A stretch of 64,000 bases of DNA from Proteocatella sp. (GCA_041738345.1 JBGSPX010000031.1:62-64061); one strand, 5' to 3'; counted from the stretch's first letter, positions 26,373 to 37,946 are shown. Program-made: numbers and translations. Notes: generated by a model from the letters alone, not told the origin.

Positions 26373-27167
26373 GTGAAAGCTTATAGTGAAAAAATAAAAA
26401 TATATTTACCAATATCAAATAATTTATTTTCTTATGAAAAAAGATGGTGTAAAGATATTGTGGTTCCAAAACTAAAAGAAGGCTGTCTAAATGATATTAA
26501 AGAATCAAATTGCGCTGCATTTATAGAACTTGATGAAAATGATATTGAAAATAAATGTTTGGGATTAGAACATTTTATAAAACTCAAAGATAAAGAAGTA
26601 TATATATTTGATAATCATAATCACTCATTTTATTTCTCCTATGAATTATTTTTAAGAACTAATAAAAAATATGATTTTATTCATATAGATCAACATAAAG
26701 ATCTTAGAAGTCCTAATGTTTCGTTTGATGAATATAAAGAAGTTTTGAATAGTAATAATAAAATTTTAAAATCTGAATTTGAAAAGCTTAATTTAGATTA
26801 CAAGGATTATAGCTATAAAAATGAAATAGAACTTGAAAATCTTATAGCTTATTTATATACGAATACACAACTAAATGTAGGTGATTTTATAAAACCCTTG
26901 ATGGATGTAGGCGTTATAAATGAATTTTACTGTATAGATTCACTTTATAAAATTGAAGAATTTAATAATTATGATTATGAAAGAGATTATATATTAGATT
27001 TAGATTTAGATTTTTTTTCAAAAGATATGGATTATATAAAATATGATCAAAAATTGGCACTTATAAAGACTGCTATAAAAAATGCAAAACTTGTATTAAT
27101 AGCAACTAGTCCTTATTTTATAGAATTTGATAGATGTATAGCAGTTCTAGCTAAAATATTTGAATAA
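26373..27167 (+). CDS. UPF0489-like hypothetical protein
   Basis: GTG start after AGGAG. The motifs VYIFDNHNHSFYF and FIHIDQHKDL resemble the conserved DNHN...H.D.H.D pattern of UPF0489 (arginase/deacetylase-like) proteins. Confidence 0.55.
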   Translation: MKAYSEKIKIYLPISNNLFSYEKRWCKDIVVPKLKEGCLNDIKESNCAAFIELDENDIENKCLGLEHFIKLKDKEVYIFDNHNHSFYFSYELFLRTNKKYDFIHIDQHKDLRSPNVSFDEYKEVLNSNNKILKSEFEKLNLDYKDYSYKNEIELENLIAYLYTNTQLNVGDFIKPLMDVGVINEFYCIDSLYKIEEFNNYDYERDYILDLDLDFFSKDMDYIKYDQKLALIKTAIKNAKLVLIATSPYFIEFDRCIAVLAKIFE

Positions 27168-27263
27168 TAACTTTTAAAAATATAGAGCATGTGATATAAT
27201 GTAAAAGTTGAATTATATTTAAAACAAGAAAATAAAATTATTAATATATATTTAGGAGGAAAA

Positions 27264-28547
27264 ATGAACCAGATTTTAAAACAAGAAAATAATGTAGTTA
27301 CACTGAAAATAACAGTAGGAAGCGATGCTTTTGAGGCAGCTTGTCAAAAGGCATATAATCAGAACAAATCAAAATTCAATATTCCGGGATTTAGAAAAGG
27401 TAAAGCTACAAGAGCGGTAATTGAAAAAATGTATGGAGAAGGTGTTTTCTTTGAAGATGCTATCGATGTAGTATTTCCAGAAAACTATAAAAAAGCTGTA
27501 GAAGAGCTAAATCTTGATGTAATAGATAGACCATCTCTTGATGTAGAAGAAATCGGAAAAGGAAAAGACTTAGTAATGGTAGTTACTGTTGAAGTAAAGC
27601 CAGAAGTAAAGCTAGGTGAATATAAAGGCTTAGAAGTTAAAAAAATAGAATCAGAAGTAACAGAAGAAGATGTTGATGCTGAATTAAAGCAAATGCAAGA
27701 GCAAAATGCTAGACTTATAGCAGTAGAAGATAGAGCAATAATAGCACAAGACAATATATCTTTAGATTTCTGTGGAAGCGTTGATGGAGTTGAATTTCCA
27801 GGCGGAAAAGCTGAAAATTATAGCTTAGTAGTAGGTTCTAATACTTTTATACCAGGTTTTGAAGACCAACTTTTGGGTATGAAAATAGGAGAAGAAAAAG
27901 ACGTTACAGTAACTTTCCCAGAAGATTACAATTCAGACGAGCTAAAAGGCAAAGAAGCTGTATTTGCAGTTAAAATTAACGAAATAAAAGAAAAACAACT
28001 TCCAGCTATAGACGATGAGTTTGTAAAAGATACTACTGAATTCGATACATTAGAAGAACTTAAATCAGATATAAAAGTAAAACTTGCAGATAAAAAGAAA
28101 AAATATGCAGAAGATACAATGAAAAATGAACTTGTTGAAAAACTTGCTGAAAAAATGGAAGTTGAAATTCCAGAAGCGATGATTAAAAGTGAAATAGAAA
28201 ATATGATGAAAGATTTCGAATACAACCTAAGCTACCAAGGAATGGATCTAAAAACATACTTCCAGTATACAGGCACAAATAAAGAAATGCTTGCAGAGCA
28301 AATGAAAGAAGATGCTAAGAAGAGAGTAGAAATAAGCTTAGCGGTAGAGGCTGTATCAAAAGCAGAAAATATAGAAGCTACAGATGCAGATCTTGAAACA
28401 GAATATGTAAAAATGGCTGAAATATACAAAATAGAAGTTGATAAAGTAAAAGAAATTTTCCATAACTCACAAGAAACAGGAATAAAAAGTACAATAGTAG
28501 CTAGAAAAACTGTAGATTTACTATTAGAAAGCGCAAAACTAGTATAG
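27264..28547 (+). CDS. tig: Trigger factor
   Basis: 427 aa. The ribosome-binding motif PGFRKGKA, a central FKBP-type PPIase region (FPGG...FIPGFEDQLLGMK) and an acidic C-terminal arm. Confidence 0.95.
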   Translation: MNQILKQENNVVTLKITVGSDAFEAACQKAYNQNKSKFNIPGFRKGKATRAVIEKMYGEGVFFEDAIDVVFPENYKKAVEELNLDVIDRPSLDVEEIGKGKDLVMVVTVEVKPEVKLGEYKGLEVKKIESEVTEEDVDAELKQMQEQNARLIAVEDRAIIAQDNISLDFCGSVDGVEFPGGKAENYSLVVGSNTFIPGFEDQLLGMKIGEEKDVTVTFPEDYNSDELKGKEAVFAVKINEIKEKQLPAIDDEFVKDTTEFDTLEELKSDIKVKLADKKKKYAEDTMKNELVEKLAEKMEVEIPEAMIKSEIENMMKDFEYNLSYQGMDLKTYFQYTGTNKEMLAEQMKEDAKKRVEISLAVEAVSKAENIEATDADLETEYVKMAEIYKIEVDKVKEIFHNSQETGIKSTIVARKTVDLLLESAKLV

Positions 28548-28556
28548 AAAAATTTT

Positions 28557-28588
28557 CAAAATACAGTAGCTCTTGCTACTGTATTTTG
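28557..28588 (+). terminator. Rho-independent terminator after tig
   Basis: 14-bp perfect stem CAAAATACAGTAGC / GCTACTGTATTTTG. Confidence 0.75.
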
Positions 28589-28621
28589 AATAATTAACGA
28601 AAAACAAGAGGAGGGAAATTT

Positions 28622-29206
28622 ATGTCTTATGTACCAGTGGTAGTCGAACAAACAGGAAGAGGCGAAAGAAGTTATGACATATACTCAAGACTTCTAAAAG
28701 ACAGGATAATATTTTTAAGTGATGAAGTAAATGATGTTACGGCATCTTTGGTTGTAGCACAAATGCTTTTTTTAGAAGCGGAAGATCCAGATAAAGATAT
28801 ATTTTTATATATAAACAGTCCAGGTGGATCGATAACGTCAGGTATGGCAATATATGATACTATGCAATATATAAAACCTGATGTTTCAACGATATGTATA
28901 GGAATGGCAGCTTCTATGGGAGCGTTTTTACTAAATGCGGGGGCAAAGGGAAAAAGATTTGCACTTCCAAATGCAGAAATAATGATTCATCAACCTAGTG
29001 GTGGAGCCAGAGGACAAGCTTCAGATATAAAAATTCAAGCTGAAAGAATTCTTAAAATGAGAGAAAGTTTGAATAAAATATTATCAGAAAGAACTGGACA
29101 ATCGATAGAAGTAATAGAAAAAGATACAGAAAGAGATACTTTTATGTCATCGTATGAAGCGGTAGAATATGGATTGATTGATAAAGTGTTTGAAAAAAGG
29201 CCATAA
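28622..29206 (+). CDS. clpP: ATP-dependent Clp protease proteolytic subunit
   Basis: [19 protein letters not shown], the catalytic Ser in [11 protein letters not shown], and His in IMIHQPSGG. Confidence 0.95.
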   Translation: MSYVPVVVEQTGRGERSYDIYSRLLKDRIIFLSDEVNDVTASLVVAQMLFLEAEDPDKDIFLYINSPGGSITSGMAIYDTMQYIKPDVSTICIGMAASMGAFLLNAGAKGKRFALPNAEIMIHQPSGGARGQASDIKIQAERILKMRESLNKILSERTGQSIEVIEKDTERDTFMSSYEAVEYGLIDKVFEKRP

Positions 29207-29220
29207 AAAAGGAGAAAAAA

Positions 29221-30486
29221 ATGAAATCAAATGACGATAGATCATCAGTTAAATGTTCATTTTGCGGAAAAACACAAGATCAAGTAAAAAGACTTGTAGC
29301 AGGTCCAAATGATATTTATATATGCAATGAATGCATAAAGTTGTGTGAGTCAATAATAAGCGAAGAGATAAAAATAGAAGAAGTAAATGATTTTTCTGAG
29401 CTTCCAAAACCACATGAGATAAAAAAAATATTGGATGAATATGTTATAGGGCAAAATGAAGCGAAAAGAACACTTTCTGTAGCAGTCTATAATCACTATA
29501 AAAGAATAAATTCAACAAACGCACCTGGTGATGTAGAACTTCAAAAGAGTAATGTACTTTTACTAGGACCTACAGGGTCAGGAAAGACACTTTTAGCACA
29601 GACTTTAGCTAAAATACTAAATGTGCCATTTGCTATAGCGGATGCAACTGCACTTACAGAAGCAGGCTATGTAGGAGAAGATGTTGAAAATATACTTTTA
29701 AAGCTAATACAATCAGCAAATTATGATGTTGAAAAAGCACAAAAAGGTATAATTTATATAGACGAGATAGACAAGATTGCTAGAAAATCAGAAAATACAT
29801 CTATAACAAGAGATGTTTCAGGAGAAGGTGTTCAGCAAGCACTTCTTAAAATAATAGAATCGACAAAAGCAAATGTTCCGCCACAAGGTGGAAGAAAACA
29901 TCCGCATCAAGAATTTATCCAAATAGATACCACTAATATATTATTTATACTAGGGGGAGCTTTTGATGGAATGGAAGAGATTATAAAACGAAGAATGGGC
30001 GACAAAACTCTTGGATTTGGAGCTAAAATATCTTCAAATAAAGAGATTGAAAACAGTGCTATACTTGAAAAGATAGAAACACAAGATCTTATAAAATACG
30101 GTATAATTCCGGAGTTTGTAAGCCGTGTACCTATACTAGTTTCATTAAAGCAACTTGATGAAGATGCCTTGATAAAAATTCTTAAAGAACCTAAAAATGC
30201 GTTAGTTAAACAGTATATACGTCTTTTTGAAATGGATGGCGTAGAACTTGAAATTGAAGATGATGCTTTAGTGTCAGTTGCATCAAGAGCACTTCAAAGA
30301 AAAACTGGGGCTAGAGGGTTAAGAAGTATTCTTGAAAAAGTAATGCTGGATGTAATGTTTGAGACACCGTCTAGAAAAGATATAAAGAAAGTTATAGTTA
30401 CAAAAGCGTGCATAGAAAATGGAGAACCACCTACAATGATTACTGAAGATGGTCAGCTTTTAGAACTCAACTCAGAAACAGCTTAA
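29221..30486 (+). CDS. clpX: ATP-dependent Clp protease ATP-binding subunit ClpX
   Basis: N-terminal zinc finger CSFCGK...CNEC, Walker A GPTGSGKT, Walker [10 protein letters not shown], and the pore loop GYVGEDV. Confidence 0.95.
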   Translation: MKSNDDRSSVKCSFCGKTQDQVKRLVAGPNDIYICNECIKLCESIISEEIKIEEVNDFSELPKPHEIKKILDEYVIGQNEAKRTLSVAVYNHYKRINSTNAPGDVELQKSNVLLLGPTGSGKTLLAQTLAKILNVPFAIADATALTEAGYVGEDVENILLKLIQSANYDVEKAQKGIIYIDEIDKIARKSENTSITRDVSGEGVQQALLKIIESTKANVPPQGGRKHPHQEFIQIDTTNILFILGGAFDGMEEIIKRRMGDKTLGFGAKISSNKEIENSAILEKIETQDLIKYGIIPEFVSRVPILVSLKQLDEDALIKILKEPKNALVKQYIRLFEMDGVELEIEDDALVSVASRALQRKTGARGLRSILEKVMLDVMFETPSRKDIKKVIVTKACIENGEPPTMITEDGQLLELNSETA

Positions 30487-30500
30487 AATTAAAATATGTA

Positions 30501-30542
30501 AAATATAAACCTGAATTTTATATGAAGGTTTATATTTTTTTT
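30501..30542 (+). terminator. Rho-independent terminator after clpX
   Basis: AAATATAAACCT / AGGTTTATATTT stem followed by T8. Confidence 0.75.
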
Positions 30543-30620
30543 AAAATTTCTTTAAAGTTCTTGATAGTAATAGAGTTATAATCTATAATTATACAGAGGA
30601 AATAGAGAAAGGAAAAAGTT

Positions 30621-32960
30621 ATGGCAGCGAGAAGAAAAAAAGAAATATATAAATTACCGATTTTACCTCTAAGAGGATTAGCAATATTTCCATCTACTAT
30701 AACGCATTTTGAAGTTGCAAGAGAGAAGTCTATAAAAGCACTTGAGGAAGCAATGGAGAATGAACAGATTATATTTCTAACTACTCAAAAAAATGTTGAT
30801 ATAGAACTTCCTGTAGAAGACGATTTTTATAAATACGGAACTATATGTAAAATAAAACAAATGCTTAAAATTCCAGGCAGTAATGTTAGAGTTTTAGTAG
30901 AAGGTTTAAGTCGAGGGAAAATATCCAAAATAGATGCAAGTGAGCCTTTTTTTATAGGAGATATAGAAGGGGTGAATGACAGGGTAATAAGAAGCGAGAA
31001 AAAAGTATTTGCATTAATGGATATGATTTTTGAGGCTTTTGATGAATTGATGAAAGAAACTGGGAAAAATTCTCAAGTGATTTTTGAACAGCTTACAGAT
31101 TTAGAACAACCTTCTGTGTTTGCGGATACTGTAGCAAGTTATATAACACTAAAACCTGAGTTACTTCAAAGCTTAATAGAACAAGTAGATGTTGAAAAAA
31201 GGCTTCAGGCTATATATTTAGCTATAAAAGAGGAACTAGAAACTGTAGAAATAAGAAAAAAGGTTGATAAGAGAGTAAAAAATCAAGTATCGAAAATTCA
31301 AAAAGATTATTATCTTAGAGAACAGATAAAGGCAATACAAAAAGAATTAGGTGAGGACGACAACATCTTAGAAGATATTGAAAGCTTCAAAGAGAGATTA
31401 AAGAAATTAGAACTTTCAGATACGATTACAAAGAAAATTGAAAAAGAAATAGACAGACTTTCTAGAATGAATTCTGCATCTTCTGATTATAGCGTTACAA
31501 GAAATTATATAGAAACGATATTAGATTTACCTTGGAGAGAATTTACAGTTGATAATAAAGACTTAAACAAGTCTATCGAAGTGTTAGAAGAAGATCATTA
31601 TGGTCTAGAAAAGGTAAAGGAAAGAATTATAGAATTTTTGGCGATTAGACAGCTTAGCGATAAAATGAAAGCTCCGATAATATGTTTAGTTGGACCTCCA
31701 GGAGTTGGAAAAACTTCAATTGCAAAATCTCTAGCAAAAGCTATGGATAGAAAATTTGTGAGAATTTCATTAGGTGGACTTAGAGATGAGGCTGAAATAA
31801 GAGGCCATAGAAGAACTTATGTAGGCGCGATTCCAGGAAGAATAATAAATTCAATAAAAGATATAAAAGTTGCTAATCCAGTATTTTTATTTGACGAAAT
31901 AGACAAAATGGCATCTGATTTTAGGGGAGATCCAGCTTCAGCACTTTTAGAAGTGCTTGACCCTGAACAGAATAAAGATTTTGTAGACCACTATTTAGAA
32001 GTCCCTTTTGATTTATCTAAAGTTATGTTTATAACTACGGCAAATTCATTGTCAACTATACCAGGACCGCTTTTAGACAGAATGGAAGTTATTGAAATTT
32101 CAGGATATACAGAACTTGAAAAACTAGAAATTTCTAAAAAATACCTTATAAAGAAACAATTAGAAGAGAATGGCTTAGCTGAAGAGTTTATAAAATTAGA
32201 TGATGAATCTATAAAATTCTTAATAAATAGCTATACAAGAGAATCTGGAGTAAGAAAACTTGAAAGACAAATTGGAAAAATTTGTAGAAAAGTAGCCGTT
32301 CAAAAAGTAAAAAATCCAGAACTATCCGCATTAGAACTTACTAAAAATGACATAAAAACATATTTAGGTAAGGAACTTGTAAAAAGAGATATGGTTTCAC
32401 AAGGTAGTAAAATTGGTGAAGTCACAGGTATGGCTTGGACTCAAGTTGGTGGAGAAACTTTAAATATAGAAGTTTCTGTTATGGATGGTAATGGAAAAAT
32501 TGAACTTACAGGAAAGCTTGGAGATGTTATGAAAGAATCAGCAAGAGCTGGTATAACATATATAAGAACAATTGCTAAAGATTATGAAATATCACCAGAT
32601 TTCTACTCTAAAAAGGATATTCATATCCATATTCCAGAAGGTGCAATTCCAAAAGATGGTCCTTCAGCGGGAATAACTATGGTTACAGCTGTTCTTTCTG
32701 CGCTTTCAAATATTCCAGTAAAATCCAATATAGCTATGACTGGAGAAATTACACTTCGCGGTAAAGTTTTAGCAGTAGGAGGAATTAAGGAAAAAGTACT
32801 TGCTGCTTTTAGAGCAGGTGTAGATACCATTATAATGCCTAAGGACTGTGAAGCAGATTATGAAGAAATACCAGAAGAAGTAAAATCTAAAATGAAATTT
32901 CACTTTGTTACACACATGAATGAAGTTTTAGAACTTGCTTTAGACAGAGGAGAAAAATGA
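30621..32960 (+). CDS. lon: Lon protease (LonA)
   Basis: 779 aa. LON N-domain, Walker [10 protein letters not shown], and the catalytic Ser motif [11 protein letters not shown]. Confidence 0.95.
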   Translation: MAARRKKEIYKLPILPLRGLAIFPSTITHFEVAREKSIKALEEAMENEQIIFLTTQKNVDIELPVEDDFYKYGTICKIKQMLKIPGSNVRVLVEGLSRGKISKIDASEPFFIGDIEGVNDRVIRSEKKVFALMDMIFEAFDELMKETGKNSQVIFEQLTDLEQPSVFADTVASYITLKPELLQSLIEQVDVEKRLQAIYLAIKEELETVEIRKKVDKRVKNQVSKIQKDYYLREQIKAIQKELGEDDNILEDIESFKERLKKLELSDTITKKIEKEIDRLSRMNSASSDYSVTRNYIETILDLPWREFTVDNKDLNKSIEVLEEDHYGLEKVKERIIEFLAIRQLSDKMKAPIICLVGPPGVGKTSIAKSLAKAMDRKFVRISLGGLRDEAEIRGHRRTYVGAIPGRIINSIKDIKVANPVFLFDEIDKMASDFRGDPASALLEVLDPEQNKDFVDHYLEVPFDLSKVMFITTANSLSTIPGPLLDRMEVIEISGYTELEKLEISKKYLIKKQLEENGLAEEFIKLDDESIKFLINSYTRESGVRKLERQIGKICRKVAVQKVKNPELSALELTKNDIKTYLGKELVKRDMVSQGSKIGEVTGMAWTQVGGETLNIEVSVMDGNGKIELTGKLGDVMKESARAGITYIRTIAKDYEISPDFYSKKDIHIHIPEGAIPKDGPSAGITMVTAVLSALSNIPVKSNIAMTGEITLRGKVLAVGGIKEKVLAAFRAGVDTIIMPKDCEADYEEIPEEVKSKMKFHFVTHMNEVLELALDRGEK

Positions 32961-33562
32961 AAATAAGAGATATTCAAATGAATATGAGTGCTGTAAAAAA
33001 AGAACAGTACCCAGATGATGGCCTTCCACAAATTGCGTTTGTAGGACGCTCTAATGTAGGAAAATCATCATCTATAAATACTTTATTAAATAGAAAAAGA
33101 ATGGCGAGAGTAAGCCAGACTCCTGGAAAAACTAGAACCATAAATTTTTATAAGATAAATAGAGAGTTTTATCTTGTAGATCTTCCAGGATATGGATATG
33201 CAAAGCTTTCAAAAGAAGAAAAAGCTTCTTGGGGCAAGGTTATGGAAGAGTATTTTATAAATTCTAAAAATCTTGTACACGTGTTCATTTTAGTTGACAT
33301 AAGACATGAACCGAAGGAAGAAGATGTAATGATGATTGAATTTGTAAGACATTACGATATACCTGTTTCTATAATTGCGACAAAATCAGATAAGGTAACA
33401 AGAAATGATGCTGCGAAATCTAAATTAGCTATTAAAAAGAAGCTAAATCTTGTAGGGGAACAAATATTTCCTATAAGTGCACTTAAGAAGATAGGTGCAG
33501 AAGAGATTTGGGCACATATATTAGAAATATATAAAGAGAACGGTTTTGAAATAACTGAGTAA
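32957..33562 (+). CDS. engB: Ribosome-biogenesis GTPase YsxC/EngB
   Basis: G1 GRSNVGKSS, G3 DLPGYG, G4 TKSDK. The start overlaps the lon stop (ATGA). Confidence 0.9.
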   Translation: MKIRDIQMNMSAVKKEQYPDDGLPQIAFVGRSNVGKSSSINTLLNRKRMARVSQTPGKTRTINFYKINREFYLVDLPGYGYAKLSKEEKASWGKVMEEYFINSKNLVHVFILVDIRHEPKEEDVMMIEFVRHYDIPVSIIATKSDKVTRNDAAKSKLAIKKKLNLVGEQIFPISALKKIGAEEIWAHILEIYKENGFEITE

Positions 33563-33600
33563 CGATTATGAAAAGCATATAGCAGAGGGAGGATTTTAAT

Positions 33601-34305
33601 ATGAATAAAAGAACAATTTCTTTTGAATATTTTATCCTCTCTTTATTTTTAGGAATATTACTTATAATACAAATGAAAAGTCCTATCCAGTATAATGCAT
33701 ACACCTCATTTGTATCTAGAGAAATAATATCTCAAATAAATAAAGAAAAAAAGGATATGTATGATTTAGAAGATAAATTAAGTTCTTTAAATCGTCAGTA
33801 TACAAAGCTTCAGAAGCAATATGAAAAAGAAAATATGGGATTAAAAGGTGAAGAAAAACAAAAATATGAAAGCTACAGAATATCACTTGGACTAGAAAAA
33901 ATTTCAGGTGAAGGAATCATAATAAAATTAGAACCAATGGATTCAAATAAAAATATAGCTTTTGATATAGAGTCAAATCGGATACTCTTAAAACTAGTAA
34001 ATAATATAAAAAAGGCTAGTGGTGAGGTTATTGCAGTTAACAATCAAATATTGACCGCAAATTCAGAAATCACTTTGGCTGGAAACCACATAAATATAAA
34101 CAGTGTACCTATAAGTCAACCATACGAAATAAAAGTCATAGGTAATGAAAAAGCGCTGTATAGATATTTTGTAGAAAAAGATTATTTATTGAATGCTTTA
34201 GAAAAAAATTTAGATATAAAAACAGAAGTCTCAAAATCTAGGAAAATTAGTATACCGTCATTAAGCGGGCAAAAAGAATTTGAATATATGGAAATGGTGG
34301 AATAA
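33601..34305 (+). CDS. DUF881-domain protein (YlxW/YlxX-like, division-associated)
   Basis: An N-terminal TM helix, a coiled coil, then ISGEGIIIKLEP...LVNNIKKASGEVIAVNNQIL...PYEIKVIGN, which matches the DUF881 pattern. Confidence 0.75.
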   Translation: MNKRTISFEYFILSLFLGILLIIQMKSPIQYNAYTSFVSREIISQINKEKKDMYDLEDKLSSLNRQYTKLQKQYEKENMGLKGEEKQKYESYRISLGLEKISGEGIIIKLEPMDSNKNIAFDIESNRILLKLVNNIKKASGEVIAVNNQILTANSEITLAGNHININSVPISQPYEIKVIGNEKALYRYFVEKDYLLNALEKNLDIKTEVSKSRKISIPSLSGQKEFEYMEMVE

Positions 34306-34307
34306 CT

Positions 34308-34613
34308 ATGTTTGTTTTGGTAGAACAAATAAGCCCTTTTAAAGGGGTATATGATTATGATGTATTTGAGGAAGATATAGAGATTAATTACAGTAATATT
34401 TTATTTAAAATAAGAGCCTATTACTTAAAAAGCACTTATAGTAAAATAGAAGATGAATTAGATTTAATTGTTTTTGATAATAGTTATTTTTTTAAGAAGA
34501 CGACAGAATTATCAATTATGATAGAAGTGCTAAAAAAAACCATTTTAGCAGAACTTTGTGAACTAGGATTGGATGAATATACAAAAATAAATATAAATAT
34601 AGTAGAGGGTTAA
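34308..34613 (+). CDS. Hypothetical 101-aa acidic protein
   Basis: The ORF is tightly packed between neighbouring genes (2-nt gap upstream, abutting downstream). There is no recognisable motif. Confidence 0.5.
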   Translation: MFVLVEQISPFKGVYDYDVFEEDIEINYSNILFKIRAYYLKSTYSKIEDELDLIVFDNSYFFKKTTELSIMIEVLKKTILAELCELGLDEYTKININIVEG

Positions 34614-36185
34614 ATGATACAAATTTCGAATATAAAAGTAGGATTAGATGAAGAAAAACATGATATTATAAGAAGGCATATCTCGAGGAAATTGAGAATT
34701 AGCGATTTTGAATATAGAATTACAAGAGAATCTATAGATGCAAGGAAAAAGCCTATAAATTTTGTATATCAGGTATATGTAGATACTAAAGAAAAGAATG
34801 TAAATATAGAGAACAATAAAGATATTTTGAGTATAGATAAATATATTCCAGAAAAAATAAAGTTTGGAGATAAAAAAATATTAAATAGGGTTGCCGTGGT
34901 AGGACTTGGACCAGCGGGACTTTTTGCTGCGCTAGAACTTGCTAGAAACGGTTATAAACCAGTTGTTTTTGAAAGAGGGAAGTCAGTTGATTTTAGAAAG
35001 CAGGACGTAGAATTATTTTGGGAAAAAGGAATTTTTAATAAAGATTCTAATGTTCAATTTGGAGAAGGTGGAGCAGGTACATTCTCTGATGGAAAACTTA
35101 CAACTAGAATAAAAGACAAAAGAGTAAATCTGATTTTAGAAGATTTACATCATTTTGGAGCTTCTGAAGAAATTATATATTCGCATAAGCCTCATGTAGG
35201 AACAGATATCTTAATAGATGTAGTAAAAAATATAAGAAATGAAATTATAAACTTAGGTGGAGAAGTTCATTTTGAGAGTAAAGTAGAAGATTTAATTATA
35301 AATAATGGAGAACTAGAAGGATTCATTGTAAATGGTAAACCGTTTTACACAAATGCGGCTATATTATCAATAGGTCATAGTGCAAGAGACACCTTTGAGA
35401 TGCTCGCAAACAACGAAATAAAAATGGAACAAAAGCCATTTGCAGTAGGTTTTAGAATAGAACATCCTCAGATAATGATAGATAAAAGTCAGTATAAGGA
35501 ATTATATGATCATCCAAAGCTTAAATCAGCCGAATACCATCTTACACATCAAAGTAGTACGGGAAGATCTTGTTATACATTTTGTATGTGTCCAGGAGGC
35601 AAGGTCATAGCATCTTCATCAGAGCCAGAGATGGTAGTTGTTAATGGCATGAGTTATAATGCAAGAGATTTAGAAAATGCTAATAGTGCAATTCTGTGTA
35701 ATGTTGATAAAGTAGATTTTTCAGAAGGGATATTAGGCGGAATCGAATTTCAAAGAAAAATAGAGAAAGATGCATTTGAATTAGGTGGAAAAAATTATTT
35801 CGCACCAGTTCAAAAAGTTTCAGACTTTATAAACAAAAGAGAAACCATAGAACTTGGAAGTGTAACGCCATCATATATGCCTGGATACAAATTTGCAAGA
35901 CTTGATAAACTTTATCCAGAAATTATAACAAGATCTATTTCAGAAGCTATAATTGGGATGGGGAAAAAATTAAAAGGTTTTGATATGGAAGATGCAATCC
36001 TAACGGGTGTCGAAACAAGAAGCTCTTCACCAGTAAGAATTTTAAGAACAGAAGATGGTGAATCGCTTAATTTAGCAGGGCTTTATCCAACCGGCGAAGG
36101 GGCAGGATACGCTGGTGGAATTATGAGCGCTTCGGTAGATGGACTCAAAATGGCACAGCTATTAATGATGAAATTTACAAACTAA
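34614..36185 (+). CDS. NAD(P)/FAD-dependent oxidoreductase (COG2509-type, function unknown)
   Basis: Dinucleotide fold VAVVGLGPAGLFAALELARNG, then GEGGAGTFSDGKL and a C-terminal GEGAGYAGGIMSA motif. Confidence 0.85.
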   Translation: MIQISNIKVGLDEEKHDIIRRHISRKLRISDFEYRITRESIDARKKPINFVYQVYVDTKEKNVNIENNKDILSIDKYIPEKIKFGDKKILNRVAVVGLGPAGLFAALELARNGYKPVVFERGKSVDFRKQDVELFWEKGIFNKDSNVQFGEGGAGTFSDGKLTTRIKDKRVNLILEDLHHFGASEEIIYSHKPHVGTDILIDVVKNIRNEIINLGGEVHFESKVEDLIINNGELEGFIVNGKPFYTNAAILSIGHSARDTFEMLANNEIKMEQKPFAVGFRIEHPQIMIDKSQYKELYDHPKLKSAEYHLTHQSSTGRSCYTFCMCPGGKVIASSSEPEMVVVNGMSYNARDLENANSAILCNVDKVDFSEGILGGIEFQRKIEKDAFELGGKNYFAPVQKVSDFINKRETIELGSVTPSYMPGYKFARLDKLYPEIITRSISEAIIGMGKKLKGFDMEDAILTGVETRSSSPVRILRTEDGESLNLAGLYPTGEGAGYAGGIMSASVDGLKMAQLLMMKFTN

Positions 36186-36276
36186 TCAAAAATATTTTAA
36201 ATTTATACTATCATAAAGTCACTTTTTTTGTTAAAATAGACAAGGAATTTCTTTATATAATTTTTGGAGGTCATAA

Positions 36277-37890
36277 ATGTACTTTACAATCTTTTTAGAA
36301 GTAGTTGCAGGATTAGGGCTATTCCTTTACGGAATGAATCTTATGGGGTCTGGACTACAAAAAGCAGCAGGAGATAAATTGAAATCTATAATAGGTCTAC
36401 TTACGAAAAATAGACTTGTAGCAGTTTTTGTAGGTATTTTTGTTACGGGAATTATCCAGAGCTCTTCTGCGACTACGGTAATGGTTGTAGGCTTTGTAAA
36501 TGCTGGAATAATGCAACTATCTCAAGCGATTGGGGTAATAATGGGGGCAAATGTTGGAACTACGGTTACAGCGCAGCTTGTTTCATTTAATTTAGAGCAA
36601 ATAGCGCCAGTAGCAGTAGGAATTGGTATGATTATTTTAATAACTAAAAAAAATGCAAAGAGTAAGCATTATGCAGATATACTTATAGGTTTTGGGATAC
36701 TCTTTGTAGGAATGGTTTATATGAAAGATGCCGTAAAGCCTTTGAAAGAGGTAGAAGGTTTCAGACATATGCTTGTAACCTTTGGAAGTAATCCATTTTT
36801 AGGAATATTAATGGGATTTGGAATAACATTACTTCTTCAAAGTTCTTCAGCATCTATTGGAATTCTTTTGGCTCTTGCATCAGAAGGTATGCTTCCTTTG
36901 GCGGCAGCGCTTCCTATACTTTATGGAGATAATATAGGAACTTGTACTACTGCACTTATTTCAAGTATAGGAGCTAGCAAAAATGCACAACGTGCAGCTG
37001 TAATGCACCTTACATTTAATGTAATAGGGACAATTTTATTTGCGTTTCTGCTTCATATTCCAATAACTTATATTGTTACACAGTTAGATCCAAATGATAT
37101 AGGTAGACAAATAGCAAATGCACATACATTATTTAATGTAGTAAATGTCGTAATACAATTTCCAATAGCTGGATTTATAGTTAAGTTTGCAGAAACTGTA
37201 ATTCCGCTTAAAGAAGAAATCGGCCCAGGAATGGTTACTCACCTTGATAAACGTATGCTTGGAACTCCTTCGATTGCACTTGAAAGTGCATTTAAAGAAT
37301 GTATAAATATGGGGACTATAGCTAAGGAAAATGTTCAAAGATCTGTAGATGCTTTTATAGATAAAGATTCAAATAAAGTTCAAGAAGTTTTTAGAATCGA
37401 AAAAGATATAAATAAGATGGAAAGAGAAATAATAGACTATCTTATAAGTCTTTCGAATTCAGAAATTTCATTAGAAGATCGTATTGTGGTAGATGGACTG
37501 TTTAATACAGTGAATGATATAGAACGAATAGGTGATCATGCAGATAATATTGCAGAATTAGCACAGAATTCTATAGAAAATGATTTACCTTATTCATCGG
37601 AATCAAAAGAAGAACTGATTGATATGCTGGATAAAGTAATCTATGCAGTCGAATCATCACTTGATGCAATGAGAACTGGAGATATAGAAATCGCAAGAAG
37701 AGTTAGAGTTACAGAAGATAAAGTCGATGCAATGGAAAAAGCTTGTAGATCAGGACACATATACAGACTTAACAATAGTATGTGTAATCCAGAATCGGGA
37801 ATAATGTTCCTTGACGTTATAAGTAACTTAGAGCGAATAGCAGACCATGCAACAAATATTGCGGATGCAGTAGTAGATTCTATAGTATAA
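36277..37890 (+). CDS. Na+/phosphate cotransporter family protein with C-terminal PhoU-like domains
   Basis: Duplicated QSSSATT / QSSSASI NaPi-II motifs, and two PhoU-like repeats (ERIGDHADNI, ERIADHATNI). Confidence 0.9.
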   Translation: MYFTIFLEVVAGLGLFLYGMNLMGSGLQKAAGDKLKSIIGLLTKNRLVAVFVGIFVTGIIQSSSATTVMVVGFVNAGIMQLSQAIGVIMGANVGTTVTAQLVSFNLEQIAPVAVGIGMIILITKKNAKSKHYADILIGFGILFVGMVYMKDAVKPLKEVEGFRHMLVTFGSNPFLGILMGFGITLLLQSSSASIGILLALASEGMLPLAAALPILYGDNIGTCTTALISSIGASKNAQRAAVMHLTFNVIGTILFAFLLHIPITYIVTQLDPNDIGRQIANAHTLFNVVNVVIQFPIAGFIVKFAETVIPLKEEIGPGMVTHLDKRMLGTPSIALESAFKECINMGTIAKENVQRSVDAFIDKDSNKVQEVFRIEKDINKMEREIIDYLISLSNSEISLEDRIVVDGLFNTVNDIERIGDHADNIAELAQNSIENDLPYSSESKEELIDMLDKVIYAVESSLDAMRTGDIEIARRVRVTEDKVDAMEKACRSGHIYRLNNSMCNPESGIMFLDVISNLERIADHATNIADAVVDSIV

Positions 37891-37895
37891 ATTCT

Positions 37896-37926
37896 AAGGC
37901 TGAGGCGTTTCGCTTCAGCCTTTTAA
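37896..37926 (+). terminator. Rho-independent terminator
   Basis: GC-rich stem AAGGCTGAGGCG / CGCTTCAGCCTT followed by TTT. Confidence 0.85.
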
Positions 37927-37946
37927 ATATTATTAAGGAGAAGATA

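Noticed and set aside
28548-30620. CtsR boxes or CIRCE elements upstream of clpP and lon.
   Set aside because: No GGTCAAA-N3-GGTCAAA repeat and no TTAGCACTC-N9-GAGTGCTAA palindrome is present in the intergenic regions 28548-28621 or 30487-30620.
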